Origin: Macrostomum lignano
Lineage: Eukaryota
Length of the DNA: 64,000 nt
Assembly (NCBI GenBank): GCA_002269645.1
Contig: NIVC01000103.1
Coordinates: 124,001 to 188,000, forward strand
Direction: 5' to 3'
This document shows positions 33,094 to 45,711 of this stretch, piece by piece (within the stretch, counting starts at the first letter, position 1; each line of letters opens with the position of its first letter). The notes under the pieces were generated by a model. The model saw nothing but the letters and a program-made list of their open reading frames with translations, had not been told where the DNA came from and did no database searches. The translations under genes and the position numbers were made by a program.

Positions 33094-35690
33094 ATGCATT
33101 CCGGCTACAAGCGACCAAGAATCGGCGAAATGCACGCTATGCCGGCAGCGGCACCGCCCTCTAGCTTAGTGCTAATTAGCGACCTGCTGCCTAATACTAC
33201 TGAGCAGGACGTGCTAGACGAGATGTGCGAGTACGGCTCGGTGCTGTCCATTGTCATGATTGCAGCAGATAGCCAGGCTGTGGTAGAGTTTGACCAGCTG
33301 ATGGACGCAAAGTCCCTAATTGACAACTTTAATTCTGGTTGGCCCGCTCGGCTGCGCGACTCGCCAGTAACGCTAAGTTACGCCAGGCCTGGCGACTTCC
33401 AACGCGTTAGCGGCGATTTTGTCAGCATCTCGCCGAGTAGCATCTTGCTGCTGACTATCTTCAGGCCCAGCGGCGAGTTGACGGGCGATATTTTCAAACG
33501 AGTCGGCTCACAGTTCGGCCGCCTACTGCGGGTGTCCGTTCTGCGCGGCCGCCAACCGCACGCGGTGCTTGAATACGCCAGCGTCGAGGAGGCGTCCCGG
33601 GCTAAGCGAAAGCTAAACGGTGCCGATATATTTCCCGACTGCAACACGCTGCTATGCGAGTTTGCTTCTAGGCGAGTGCAGGATATACTGATTAGGGAGG
33701 GCTGCAGCCTGTTAGATGAATGGCGCCAGGCTGGTCTCGATATGCGCGGCGGTGCCGGTAGTGGCGTTGGCGGCTCCTTGCTCGAAGCTGTGGGAATCGG
33801 GGCAGCCGGGCATCCAGACAGCCTTGAATCCAAGCGACAGCACCCTGGCTACCAGGATCGCGACCAGGCTGCAGCGATCGCAGGGAGACCTTTCCCGAAC
33901 CCGATGCCGCAGTATCATCCGGTGCCGCGGATGCCGTTGCCGCCGCACCCAGCTGCTGCTCACGCGATGATGGCTGGCGGTCCTGGTGCCAATCCGTCAT
34001 CTCACGGCTGTCTGCTGTACCTCTCCAATCTACCGGATGCCCTTAACTGCGATCGGCTGTTTAATATTCTTTGTCTGTATGGCAACGTGAGGTTAATAAA
34101 ATTCTTTGCGATGAAACGGGGCATGGCCATGGCTGAGATGCTCGATCCGCAGTCTGCAGCTCGCTGCGTCAACTTTCTGGATAACGAGTACCTACATGGC
34201 ACCCGATTCTCAGTCCGCCTGTCTCACGAGGACGGCATCAGATCGGTGCGCGAGGGCGGCCAGCTTGCTGATGGCACTCCGGCAATCAAGTACTACGATG
34301 GCTCCTCGTCTAGCTCCGGCGGCTATCGATCGCTAAATCGATTCGTGTCGGAGAGAGCGGCTAGAAAAGCTCCTCCAATTAAGCCTAGCAGAACGGTGTA
34401 CTTTTGGGGACACCCGGCCCAGGGTACGGAGGCTCAGCTGCGCCAACTGCTAACTGAAACTGGGGCGCCCGAGCCGCCGACGACAACAGAAGACGGCAAA
34501 GGCGTCGATTATTTTCCCGGCGATCATCGGAGCGGCTTGCTTAGGTTCGCTGGTTCAAAATTTTGTAACAATATTTAGAAGCGTTGGCAGTCAAGGACTT
34601 CTTAAGTTAGAATGACTGGCAAGATACAATAACATCTCTGATTACTTGCTCGTGACAAGCTTTCAAGGATAACGCTGGTCATAGGGTGATTCCATAATTA
34701 GGAATCGTTTTACGATGCATTGCTATAGCAAGATCGAAACTTTGGAAAATTCGCTATCCATATTCAGAAAATTGGAAACCTGGCAAATATTTTTTACCAC
34801 AGACAAACCTCCGTCGAGAAATATGTTTAACAGACTGGATTACATGTGACACTGCCTTCTAAAGACCCTGACAGCGTATTTTGTTGTTATAAAACAGACA
34901 ACAGCGCAATTAAGAGGACGAAAAAGCAGATTTTGCTTGATTTTTTAATCTGAATTAGGATAGATATTTTTTAAATTCCAGTCAATCAAAATTACATCAC
35001 ACACAGTCACACACCCTAGTAAAACGTACATTCTGGCTTCAAGTGATGGTTAGGAATCGCTATTAAAACTATAGGGACTGTTGCAGCGTAGTGCCATTTG
35101 TCATCCTGGATCTAGAATTCAGGATACCAGCTGGCGTCAGTCAAAAGTTAAATAACTATCTACATCTCTACCCTACCCTTTACACTTCTGAGCCTCTCTT
35201 GCCCACAGAAGTTGCACAAGTCTGCAGACTTTATGTTTACACTGTACTAAAACACTCGTACGCTCGTACTTCAAATGGAGGATGAGCTACAAAAATATGG
35301 ACCTTGAATAAAATAGCATTCAGGTTGGAGAAAACAGGTCTTGATCCAAATTTAGGCTGCATTAAAAATATATAATCACTTATGAAGTCCTTGACCTTAT
35401 TGTGATGCCAATCTGAAGTTTGAAAATGATTACCAGAGTTGCTCCTAACAAAATCAACCAACAGGTACAAAACCTGCAATGACGCACTGACGGCCATCTG
35501 CATGGCCAATCACACGGTGTTCCCTCCGCAATCCGCCGATTCCCGGCCGTGGTTATTAAAACTGTGCTTCAGCCTCACTGGCGGCGTTCGAAGAAACGAT
35601 CGACAGGGCTTTAAAAGACCCGCTAACAATGGGACCGGCGACTCTGGGGAGAGCTCCGTGCTGACTGGGGGTGGTGATAATGGCTCCTAA
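33094..35690 (+). CDS. HNRNPL: hnRNP L-family paralog (copy B), exons 33094-34544 and 35465-35690 (558 aa)
   Basis: Same 4-RRM motifs (LNGADIFPDCNTLLCEF; LNCDRLFNILCLYGNV). The phase-2 splice AG|gttcgc...ctaac...caacag|G restores SGLLRYKTCNDALTAICMANH, which aligns 1:1 with SGFLFFTNPRDALDAICMANH of copy A. First ATG at 33094. Confidence 0.88.
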
Positions 35691-35904
35691 AGCAATAATT
35701 AGCATGCTGCCATGCCATTGCAGAAATAACTTTATTGGGACTGTTTTCCAAACGATAATTTATCGCTGACTATGCAAACTTATCATCACGAAGCTAAATT
35801 CATTTTTTTAAATAGTCGTGTACCCAAGTGTTCTGAGACTAGTAGCCCTGGTATTTAATCTTAATAACAGTCCCAATTGCAAAGCTACCCGTAGTAACCT
35901 AAAG

Positions 35905-36222
35905 TGCGAAGCCTAACAGTCCCGATTGCTAAGCCTAACAGTCCCAATTGTGAAGCCTAATAGTCCCCATTGCGAAGCCTAACAGTCCCCATTGCTAAGC
36001 CTAACAGTCCCAATTGCTAAGCCTAACAGTCCCAATTGCTAAGCCTAACAGTCCCCATTGCGAAGCCTAACAGTCCCGATTGCTAAGCCTAACAGTCCCG
36101 ATTGCTAAGCCTAACAGTCCCAATTGCGAAGCCTAATAGTCCCCATTGCGAAGCCTAACAGTCCCCATTGCGAAGCCTAACAGTCCCCATTGCTAAGCCT
36201 AACAGTCCCGATTGCTAAGCCT
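35905..36222. repeat. Minisatellite, 22-bp unit (gcctaacagtcccaattgctaa)
   Basis: Direct repetition. Confidence 0.93.
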
Positions 36223-36639
36223 AATTAGGCTCTTGGCTATTTTCTGCAATTTATAAATGCTTTGCTGCAAGTGAAATACATGTCAGTTCTTACACAGCTT
36301 TTCATACTACGTGTACAGTGATCATGGCTCACGCTATGAGCGCATATTTATTGTATAATTTGGTGTTACCAAGTAGCGACTTAGTAATTTTATTATAAAA
36401 TAAATAAAAAACTATTCCAAGGTAAATTTTTAGGCTGTAACATAATCTCTATGGAAACCAATCTCATAAAGAAAACAAAGTGACTATAGAAAAAAGTTCA
36501 ATACGATGCTTGAGCGCGATTAACAATTATATAGTTGGTACTGAGTTCTGAGATTGTGGCGCTCAGATAAATGAAATTATTTTGTGTTTGTGTGATTTAA
36601 ATACATCCAGAGTAGGTTTTTAAAGCTTAGTAACAGATT

Positions 36640-37025
36640 GTTAGGTCAAAGGTCAGGTACACAGATTTTTAGGTCATTATTAAGGTCAGGTACACACTTT
36701 TTAGGTCATTAAGTTCAGGTGCGTAAAGTTTTAAGTCTTGAAGTTCAAATACACAATTTTACATCATGAAGGTCAGGTACACAGATTTTTGGGTCATTAA
36801 GGTCATGACGTCAGGTACACTTTTTAGGTCATTAAGGTCAGGTGCATCAAGTTTCAAGTCTTGAAGTTCAGATACACAATTTTACGTCATGAAGGTCAGG
36901 TACACAGATTTTTAGGTCATTAAGGTCAGGTACACAGATTTTTAGGGCATTAAGGTCAGATGCATAAAGCTTCAAGTCTTGAAGTTCAGATACACAATTT
37001 TAGGCAATAAAAGTCAGGTAAGGTA
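36640..37025. repeat. Degenerate ~30-bp tandem repeat (aaggtcaggtacacagattttt...)
   Basis: Diverged repeated units upstream of NIT2. Confidence 0.75.
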
Positions 37026-37175
37026 CATGCAATTCTTAAACTTTAAAGTCTGGCAGCCATACGAAATTACAATACATAAAGCCTCCAAGCTAACTTATCA
37101 TGCAAACAAAAGTACATTCGATTGCTAGATATAAATTCAGCATGATACGAAAAAATCCTCAGCTCTGCCTTCGTC

Positions 37176-38532
37176 ATGGCTTCACCTTCCGGTCGGCAGG
37201 CCTTTAAACTGGCGCTGCTGCAGCTCCGGGTCGGCGCCGACAAGGCCGACAATGTGGCGCGCGCGCTCGACATGATCCGCGCCGCTGCTAGCGCCGGGGC
37301 CGATTTAATCTGCCTGCCGGAGGTGTTCAATTCGCCTTACGGCAATCAGCACTTCCCGGCCTATGCGGAGTCTGTGCCCGACGGTCCGACCTGCGACAGC
37401 TTAGCAACCGTTGCTAAGGAGACTAAAGTGCATCTGATCGGCGGCTCGCTGCCGGAGAGGTCGGCAGACGGCAGCAGGCTGTACAACACCTGCGTGTGCT
37501 ATGAGCCCACCGGTCAGGTGGCCTGTATCTACCGGAAGTGCCACCTGTTTGACATTGACGTGCCCGGCAAGATTCGGTTTAAAGAGTCCGACACAATCTC
37601 TGCTGGCGACCGGCTGCAGGTGAATTAGAATCGCCCTCAGTCATGTTTAGAATCGCCTTCAGTCATGTTTAGAATCGCCCTCAGTCATGTTTAGAATCGC
37701 CCTCAGTCATGTTTAGAATCACCCTCAGTCATGTTTAGAATCGCCTTCAGTATGTTTAGAATCGCCCTCAGTCATGTTTAGAATCGCCCTCAGTCATGTT
37801 TAGAATCGCCCTCAGTCATGTTTAGAATCGCCCTCAGTCATGTTTAGAATCGCCCTCAGTCATGTTTAGAATCGCCCTCAGTCATGTTTAGAATCGCTTT
37901 CAGTCTTGTTTAGAATCGCCCTCAGTCATGTTTAGAATCGCCCTCAGTCATGTTTAGAATCGCCCTCAGTCATGTTTAGAATCGCCCTCAGTCATGTTTA
38001 GAATCGCTTTCAGTCTTGTTTAGAATCGCCCTCAGTCATGTTTAGAATCGCCCTCAGTCATGTTAAGAATCGCCCTAAGTCGTCTTCAGTCAATCAGCCA
38101 CACTGCCGCACCTTCCTCTCGCAGGTGTGGCAGACGCCATTCGCCAAGATCGGACTGGGCATCTGCTACGATATCCGGTTTCCCCGCATGGCTGCCCGGC
38201 TGGCGGAGCTCGGCTGCGACCTTCTCGTGTACCCTGGCGCTTTCAACACCACGACGGGGCCGGCGCACTGGGAGCTGCTGGTCCGGGCCACCGCCCTGCA
38301 GAATCAGCTGTTCACTGCCGTCTGCTCTCCAGCCAGCGACCCCGCATCCGGTGGCTACGTTGCCCACGGCCACAGCATGGCGGCGGATCCCTGGGGCTCC
38401 GTGCTGGCCGACTGCGGACCGGACGAGGGCCGCGTCATTGTGGACATCGATCCGGCCAGGTGCGACTCGGTCAGGCAGCAGATTCCGCTGCTGAAGCAGC
38501 AACGACCGGAACTGTATGGTGGCAGCGTCTGA
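37176..38532 (+). CDS. NIT2: Omega-amidase NIT2 (nitrilase family), exons 37176-37619 and 38125-38532 (283 aa)
   Basis: Catalytic triad motifs LPEVFNSPYG, YRKCHLFDIDVPGKIRFKES and GICYDIRFP; YPGAFNTTTGPAHWELL; AHGHSMAADPWG. Phase-0 GT-AG intron. Confidence 0.95.
37626..38085. repeat. Intronic minisatellite, 22-bp unit (tttagaatcgccctcagtcatg)
   Basis: Fills about 90% of the NIT2 intron and starts ~6 bp after the donor. Confidence 0.97.
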
Positions 38533-38859
38533 ATTGTGCTGCTTTCAGTTGCAGATTTTATAGAACACTTTGATTAAATATACTGCACTGTGGGTTCTAT
38601 TGTTGAAAATTTTGACCAGTCTATTTCGTTAGCGGAACATTTTCAACGCTTTTTTGGATTAACTTTTATTTGTAATTTTTTATTTCAGATTACTGTGATT
38701 AGTTGATATGAACTGTCAATTGTCAAAGCGTGAGTTACGAGAGTTAGAGTTAGAGTTGGAGAGCTGATAGCTCTAGATACGTACGCTCGTATTTATAGCG
38801 AGAGCCTTTGTGAGTAGATTGAGGTAGAGATAGGAGTTGAGGGGGATAGAGAGATGTAG

Positions 38860-40680
38860 GGAAGAGTGGGTAGAGACGGATGGTGGAGTGGGTAGAGAGA
38901 TGGACGCTAGAGTGGATAGAGATGGACGGTAGAGTGGATAGAGATGGACGGTAGAGTGAGTAGAGATGGACGGTAGAGTGAGTAGAGGTGGACGGTAGAG
39001 TGAGTAGAGATGGACGGTAGAGTGAGTAGAGGTGGACGGTAGAGTGAGTAGAGATGGACGGTAGAGTGAGTAGAAATGGACGGTAGAGTGAGTAGAGATG
39101 GACGGTAGAGTGAGTAGAGATGGACGGTAGAGTGAGTAGAGATGGACGCTAGAGTGGGTAGAGAGATGGACGGTAGAGTGAGTAGAGATGGACGGTAGAG
39201 TGAGTAGAAATGGACGGTAGAGTGAGTAGAGATGGACGGTAGAGTGGGCAGAGATGGACGGTAGAGTGAGTAGAAATGGACGGTAGAGTGAGTAGAGATG
39301 GACGGTAGAGTGAGTAGAGAGATGGACGGTAGAGTGGATAGAAATGGACGGTAGAGTGGGTAGAGAGATGGACGGTAGAGTGGATAGAGATGGACGGTAG
39401 AGTGGTTAGAGATGGACGGTAGAGTGGATAGAGATGGACGGTAGAGTGGTTAGAGATGGACGGTAGAGTGGATAGAAATGGACGGTAGAGTGGGTAGAGA
39501 GATGGACGGTAGAGTGGATAGAGATGGACGGTAGAGTGGTTAGAGATGGACGGTAGAGTGGATAGAGATGGACGGTAGAGTGGATAGAAATGGACGGTAG
39601 AGTGGGTAGAGAGATGGACGGTAGAGTGGATAGAAATGGACGGTAGAGTGGGTAGAGAGATGGACGGTAGAGTGGATAGAGATGGACGGTAGAGTGGTTA
39701 GAGATGGACGGTAGAGTGGATAGAGATGGACGGTAGAGTGGTTAGAGATGGACGGTAGAGTGGATAGAAATGGACGGTAGAGTGGGTAGAGAGATGGACG
39801 GTAGAGTGGATAGAGATGGACGGTAGAGTGGATAGAGATGGACGGTAGAGTGGTTAGAGATGGACGGTAGAGTGGATAGAGATGGACGGTAGAGTGGATA
39901 GAAATGGACGGTAGAGTGGGTAGAGAGATGGACGGTAGAGTGGATAGAGATGGACGGTAGAGTGGATAGAAATGGACGGTAGAGTGGATAGAGATGGACG
40001 GTAGAGTGGTTAGAGATGGACGGTAGAGTGGATAGAGATGGACGGTAGATTGGATAGAGATGGACGGTAGAGTGGTTAGAGATGGACGGTAGAGTGGATA
40101 GAGATGGACGGTAGAGTGGATAGAGATGGACGGTAGAGTGGTTAGAGATGGACGGTAGAGTGGATAGAGATGGACGGTAGAGTGGATAGAGATGGACGGT
40201 AGAGTGGTTAGAGATGGACGGTAGAGTGGATAGAGATGGACGGTAGAGTGGATAGAGATGGACGGTAGAGTGGTTAGAGATGGACGGTAGAGTGGATAGA
40301 GATGGACGGTAGAGTGGATAGAGATGGACGGTAGAGTGGTTAGAGATGGACGGTAGAGTGGATAGAAATGGACGGTAGAGTGGATAGAGATGGACGGTAG
40401 AGTGGATAGAGATGGACGGTAGAGTGGTTAGAGATGGACGGTAGAGTGGATAGAGATGGACGGTAGAGTGGATAGAGATGGACGGTAGAGTGGTTAGAGA
40501 TGGACGGTAGAGTGGATAGAGATGGACGGTAGAGTGGATAGAGATGGACGGTAGAGTGGTTAGAGATGGACGGTAGAGTGGTTAGAGATGGACGGTAGAG
40601 TGGATAGAGATGGACGGTAGAGTGGATAGAGATGGACGGTAGAGTGGTTAGAGATGGACGGTAGAGTGGTTAGAGAGATA
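38860..40680. repeat. Purine-rich minisatellite, 22-bp unit (gatagagatggacggtagagtg), 1.8 kb
   Basis: Period 22 counted directly. Confidence 0.97.
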
Positions 40681-41008
40681 GACAATAGAGCGGGGTAGAG
40701 AGATCGAGGATAGTGGGGTATATATAAATGGGTAGAGATTGAGAGTATAGACGGGTGCGGAGATTCCATGAAGCGCCTTAGTAAACTTATTATTACTATA
40801 AGTAGTAAAGCATTTCCTCTTTTGCGTACGAGACCCGAATGGCTCGTGATTGACTAATAAATCTACTGCCACTTTTCTAACTTGTAACTGTTAGCGTAAC
40901 GGGGTATTTGTGAATAGCAACGTTCGAACAAGCAAACACGATGTTCTAGAAAGATCGTAGTTTAATGTACTGACTGACTGGCTTCGTGAGTCAGTAAGCT
41001 CTGCCGCC

Positions 41009-44000
41009 TCACTCGGTTGTGCTCTCAGAGCTCTTTTCGTTGGACCTCAGTCTGATGAGGTACACGATGGTCTGCTGGTATTGCTTCTCCTGCTCGCTCA
41101 GGCTGTTGGTCATCTTCCAGTTCTGGTTTGCTGTGAGCGCATGCAGTGTGTGGAGCTTTTGTTTAGGATAGTGCAGCTGCATTAGCATCTGCAGTTCTGC
41201 TTTATCTGTTCCGCTTACACTGCATCTAATCTCCATCTATTGATCTCACACTCCATCTGATCTCCTCCATCTATTCATCTCACGCTCCATCTGATCTCCT
41301 CCATCTATTCATCTCACACTCCATCTGATCTCCTCCATCTATTCATCTCACACTCCATCTGATCTCCTCCATCTATTCATCTCACGCTCCATCTGATCTC
41401 CTCCATCTATTCATCTCACGCTCCATCTGATCTCCTCCATCTATTCATCTCACACTCCATCTGATCTCCTCCATCTATTCATCTCACACTCCATCTGATC
41501 TCCTCCATCTATTCATCTCACACTCCATCTGATCTCCTCCATCTATTCATCTCACACTCCATCTGATCTCCTCCATCTATTCATCTCACGCTCCATCTGA
41601 TCTCCTCTATCTATTCATCTCACACTCCATCTGATCTCCTCCATCTATTCATCTCACACTCCATCTGATCTCCTCCATCTATTCATCTCACACTCCATCT
41701 GATCTCCTCTATCTATTCATCTCACACTCCATCTGATCTCCTCCATCTATTCATCTTACACTTCATCTGATCTCCTCTATCTATTGATCTCACACTCCAT
41801 CTGATCTCCTCCATCTATTCATCTTACACTCCATCTGATCTCCTCTATCTATTCATCTCACACTCCATCTGATCTCCTCCATCTATTCATCTCACACTCC
41901 ATCTAATCTCCTCCATCTATTTATCACTCCATCTAATCTCAATCGATTCATCTCACAATTCATCTAATCTCCACCATCTATTCATTTCACACTCCATTTA
42001 ATCCCCTCCCATCTATTCATCACTCCATCTAATCTCAATCGATTCATCTCACAATTCATCTAACCTCCTCCATCTGTTCATCTCACACTCAATCTAATCT
42101 CATCCATGTGTTCATCTCACACTCAATCTAATCTCCTCCATGTGTTCATCTCACACTCAATCTAATCTCCTCCATCGATTCATCACTCCATCTAATCTCA
42201 ATCGATTCATCTCATACTGCATCTAATCTCCTCCATCTGTTCATCTCACACTCCATCTAATCTTCTCCATATCTTTATCTCACAATGCATCTACTCTTCC
42301 TTCCTCCATCTCTATCTGAGCTCATTGTCACACTACATCTACTCTCCCCCACGACTCACCCCCGATCTCGTGAGCTCTCCCGGCAGTCAAAGCCACGTTA
42401 TTGTCGGCTACCACGCTGGTGAAATTGTTGCAGTGGTCCAATATGAGCCTAACGCATCCGGTCAGGCAGTACACAATCATGGTCTGTCCAGTGCTGCATG
42501 AGATGAGCACGCTTCGGCCATCTCCGTTAGGATCTCGATGCGACGATATGTCCAGCTGCTTGATAGAGTGCAGCAAGCCATCTAGCAGGTGATAGTTCAC
42601 CCGCCTTGATAGGCCGCCTTTGGCGTTGAGCAGCGATTTTGGCGGCTGCTTGGGCGTTTTGGATTGAACAGCTGGCTTGGGTATTGACTGGTCAGGTATG
42701 TGAATGCCTGGCGTGTGCTGGTCCAGGCTGAGCACCATAACTGTGCCTGCAACAGTACATGTATTTGCAGTCTCCTATTTATTATGCATGCCCATGTCCA
42801 TAGGGTGAGTGTCCATAGGATGAGTGTCCATAGGATGAGTGTCCATAGAAGGAGTATCCATAGGATGAGTGTCCATAGGATGAGTGTCCATAGAAGGAGT
42901 ATCCATAGGATGAGTGTCCATAGGATGAGTGTCCATAGGATGCGTGTTCATAAGATGAGTGTCCATAGGATGATGTCCATAGGATGAGTGTCCATAGGAT
43001 GAGTGTCCATAGGATGAGTGTCCATAGGATGAGTGTCCATAGGATGAGTGTCCATAGGATGAGTGTCCATAGGATGAGTGTCCATAGGAGGAGTATCCAT
43101 AGGATGAGTGTCCATAGGATGATGTCCATAGGATGAGTGTCCATAGGATGCGTGTTCATAAGATGAGTGTCCATAGGATGATGTCCATAGGATGAGTGTC
43201 CATAGGATGCGTGTTCATAAGATGAGTGTCCATAGGATGATGTCCATAGGATGAGTGTCCATAGGATGAGTGTCCATAGGATGAGTGTCCATAGGATGAT
43301 GTCCATAGGATGAGTGTCCATAGGATGCGTGTTCATAAGATGAGTGTCCATAGGATGAGTGTCCATAAGATGAGTGTCCATAGGATGATGTCCATAGGAT
43401 GATGTCCATAGGATGAGTGTCCATAGGATGCGTGTTCATAAGATGAGTGTCCATAGGATGAGTGTCCATAGGATGAGTGTCCATAGGATGAGTGTCCATA
43501 GGATGCGTGTTCATAAGATGAGTGTCCATAGGATGAGTGTCCATAGGATGAGTGTCCATAGGAGGAGTATCCATAGGATGAGTGTCCATAGGATGATGTC
43601 CATAGGATGATGTCCATAGGATGAGTGTCCATAGGATGCGTGTTCATAAGATGAGTGTCCATAGGATGATGTCCATAGGATGAGTGTCCATAGGATGCGT
43701 GTTCATAAGATGAGTGTCCATAGGATGATGTCCATAGGATGAGTGTCCATAGGATGCGTGTTCATAAGATGAGTGTCCATAGGAGGAGTGTCCATTGAAT
43801 GAGTGTCCATAAGATGAGTGTCCATAGGATGAGTGTCCATAGGATGCGTGTTCATAAGATGAGTGTCCATAGGAGGAGTGTCCATAGGATGAGTGTCCAT
43901 ACGATGGGTTTCCATGACTCATCGGGTAATATTTCGCAGTCGTCATGCAATTTACGCAACATGAAACATTCGCACATGAGCTGCGGGCACCCTGACGACG

Positions 44001-45349
44001 TCGTCCCACAACGATTCCGCTGACGCAGGCACACGCTCCTACAGGGTGTCACTCTGTGTGCCCCCGGGGGTTGGCCCTCCTGAGTCAGGGAGGTCCAGAG
44101 CGGTTCCAGTTTGATTTCAATTCCTTCAACGCCAAAGAGACGCCTCACCGCCGCTGCTGGTGTCAGCCTCCGGCTCGGCGAACCCCAGCACCTGCTCAAC
44201 GCTGGGCAGTCGGGCCTGCAGCATGCTGTCCACCACGGCCAGCTGCAGCCGGTGCGTCCTCTCGGCCGCCATCCGGCACAGCCAGAAGAACCTCCTGGAC
44301 GTCAGCACGAACAGTCGACAGGCGGACGTGGCCGTCACGCAGATTCGCTCCTCCCGGCCGGTGCTGATGCACTCGAGGCCCCAGCAGTCCAGCTCGAGAA
44401 GGCGCTGCTCGACCACCCGCCTGTGCTGATCGCCGCTCAGCTGGCGATGCAGCAGCTGCCCGCTGGCGACGAAAAAGAAGCTGCGGTTTCTGTCCTTCTG
44501 ACCGCAGATCTGCTCGTTTGACTCGCCCTGGTGTGGCAAGGAAATTCAAGTTTTATGCTAAATTGTGAGTCCTCTTTTGGGTTCAGAATAGGTTGTTGAG
44601 CTCATTTTTGAGTTCCGTGTCTATTTGAGTTGACCGTGTCTTTTTTGAGTTGACCGTGTCTTTTTGAGTTGACCGTGTCTTTTTGAGTTGACCGTGTCTT
44701 TTTGAGTTGACCGTGTCTATTTGAGTTCCGTGTCTTTTTGAGTTCCGTGTCTTTTTGAGTTCCGTGTCTATTTGAGTTCCGTGTCAAATCAAATCAAAAA
44801 GACACACGGAACTCAAAAAGACACGGAACTCAAAAAGACACGGAACTCAAAGACACGGAACTCAAATAGACACGGAACTCAAAAAGACACGGAACTCAAA
44901 GACACGGAACTCAAAAAGACACGGAACTCAAAGACACGGAACTCAAAAAGACACGGAACTCAAAGACACGGAACTCAAATAGACACGGAACTCAAATAGA
45001 CACGGAACTCAAAAAGACACTGAACTCAAAAAGACACGGAACTCAAAAAGACATGGAACTCAAACAGACACGAAACTCAAAACTTTCCCAGAACTTTGCT
45101 ACTTGAAAGAGTGACCCAATAGAAGTTCAGCTCTAAACCAGCAAATGAACTCACCAGCCTCTCGAACATGTAGCAGACGAACTCCATGATCTCCTCGTTG
45201 CTCCGACCGCAGAACGGGCGCAGTTGCGACAGCGCTTTGTGCACCTTCAACTTGTCCATCTCAGACTTCACAAAGCTGCCAGTCTCGTCCTGTGCTCTCT
45301 CCTCCGTGAGCCCAGCTGTGTCTGGCAGCTTGATTGCTTTGCGCTGCAT
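41009..45349 (-). CDS. Cyclic-nucleotide-binding-domain protein, multi-exon: ~45349-45155, 44527-44149, unresolved exon ~44079/44038-43903, ~42746-42360, ~41205-41009
   Basis: EQICGQKDRNRSFFFVASGQL...WGLECIS...RICVTATSACRLFVLTSRRFFWL fits the cNMP-binding fold pattern (I.qGd..dsfyfi.sG.v ... fGe.al ... r.atv.a.t.c.l..l.r..F). GT-AG sites flank each GC-rich block. The phase of exon 3 cannot be resolved. Confidence 0.6.
41222..42300. repeat. Intronic minisatellite, 34-bp unit (ccatctattcatctcacactccatctgatctcct)
   Basis: Period 34; degenerates toward 42300. Confidence 0.95.
42793..43902. repeat. Intronic minisatellite, 15-bp unit (gagtgtccataggat)
   Basis: MDTHP / GHSSY / WTLIL ORF periodicity. 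Confidence 0.97.
44605..45081. repeat. Foldback satellite: (tttttgagttccgtgtc)n, a 10-bp spacer, then the reverse-complement array (gacacggaactcaaaaa)n
   Basis: Left arm 44605-44785, spacer aaatcaaatc, right arm 44796-45081. Confidence 0.92.
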
Positions 45350-45490
45350 GTCGCCGCTCTCTCCTGTCGTGTTGCACGTTGTATGGAATTGAGGCCACTT
45401 TATTTGAGCAATTTGGGAACGTCTGCTTCTGCATAGGGCAATGAATTGTCTATGGGAAATTCTGGGAAGTGTCTTATGTATCAGATTAAA

Positions 45491-45697
45491 CATGCCTTTT
45501 GAGGGATTTATTTGTATAAATCACGAGGGCCTGAGGTTTTATGAAAATAACTCCCGAAAAAGGCATGTGTAATCTCGTATAAACCATAGACATAAAGACT
45601 TTACGGGATATTTTTGAATATTACCAAATAAAATCCCGGAGAACGCAAATATTGTCACGGAAAGTCTTTATTTCTATGGATTATACACAGTTACTGT
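45491..45697. mobile_element. Double-hairpin (palindromic) non-autonomous element, putative
   Basis: catgccttttgaggg...ctcccgaaaaaggcatg, followed by ~39-bp imperfect arms gtaatctcgtataaaccatagacataaagacttt / aaagtctttatttctatggattatacacagttac. Confidence 0.5.
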
Positions 45698-45711
45698 ATC
45701 TAATCAATACA

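Noticed and set aside
41050-41070. Hammerhead ribozyme core (CTGATGA) here and at ~24351 and ~59284
   Set aside because: All lie within coding exons, and I saw no matching GAAA with flanking stems.
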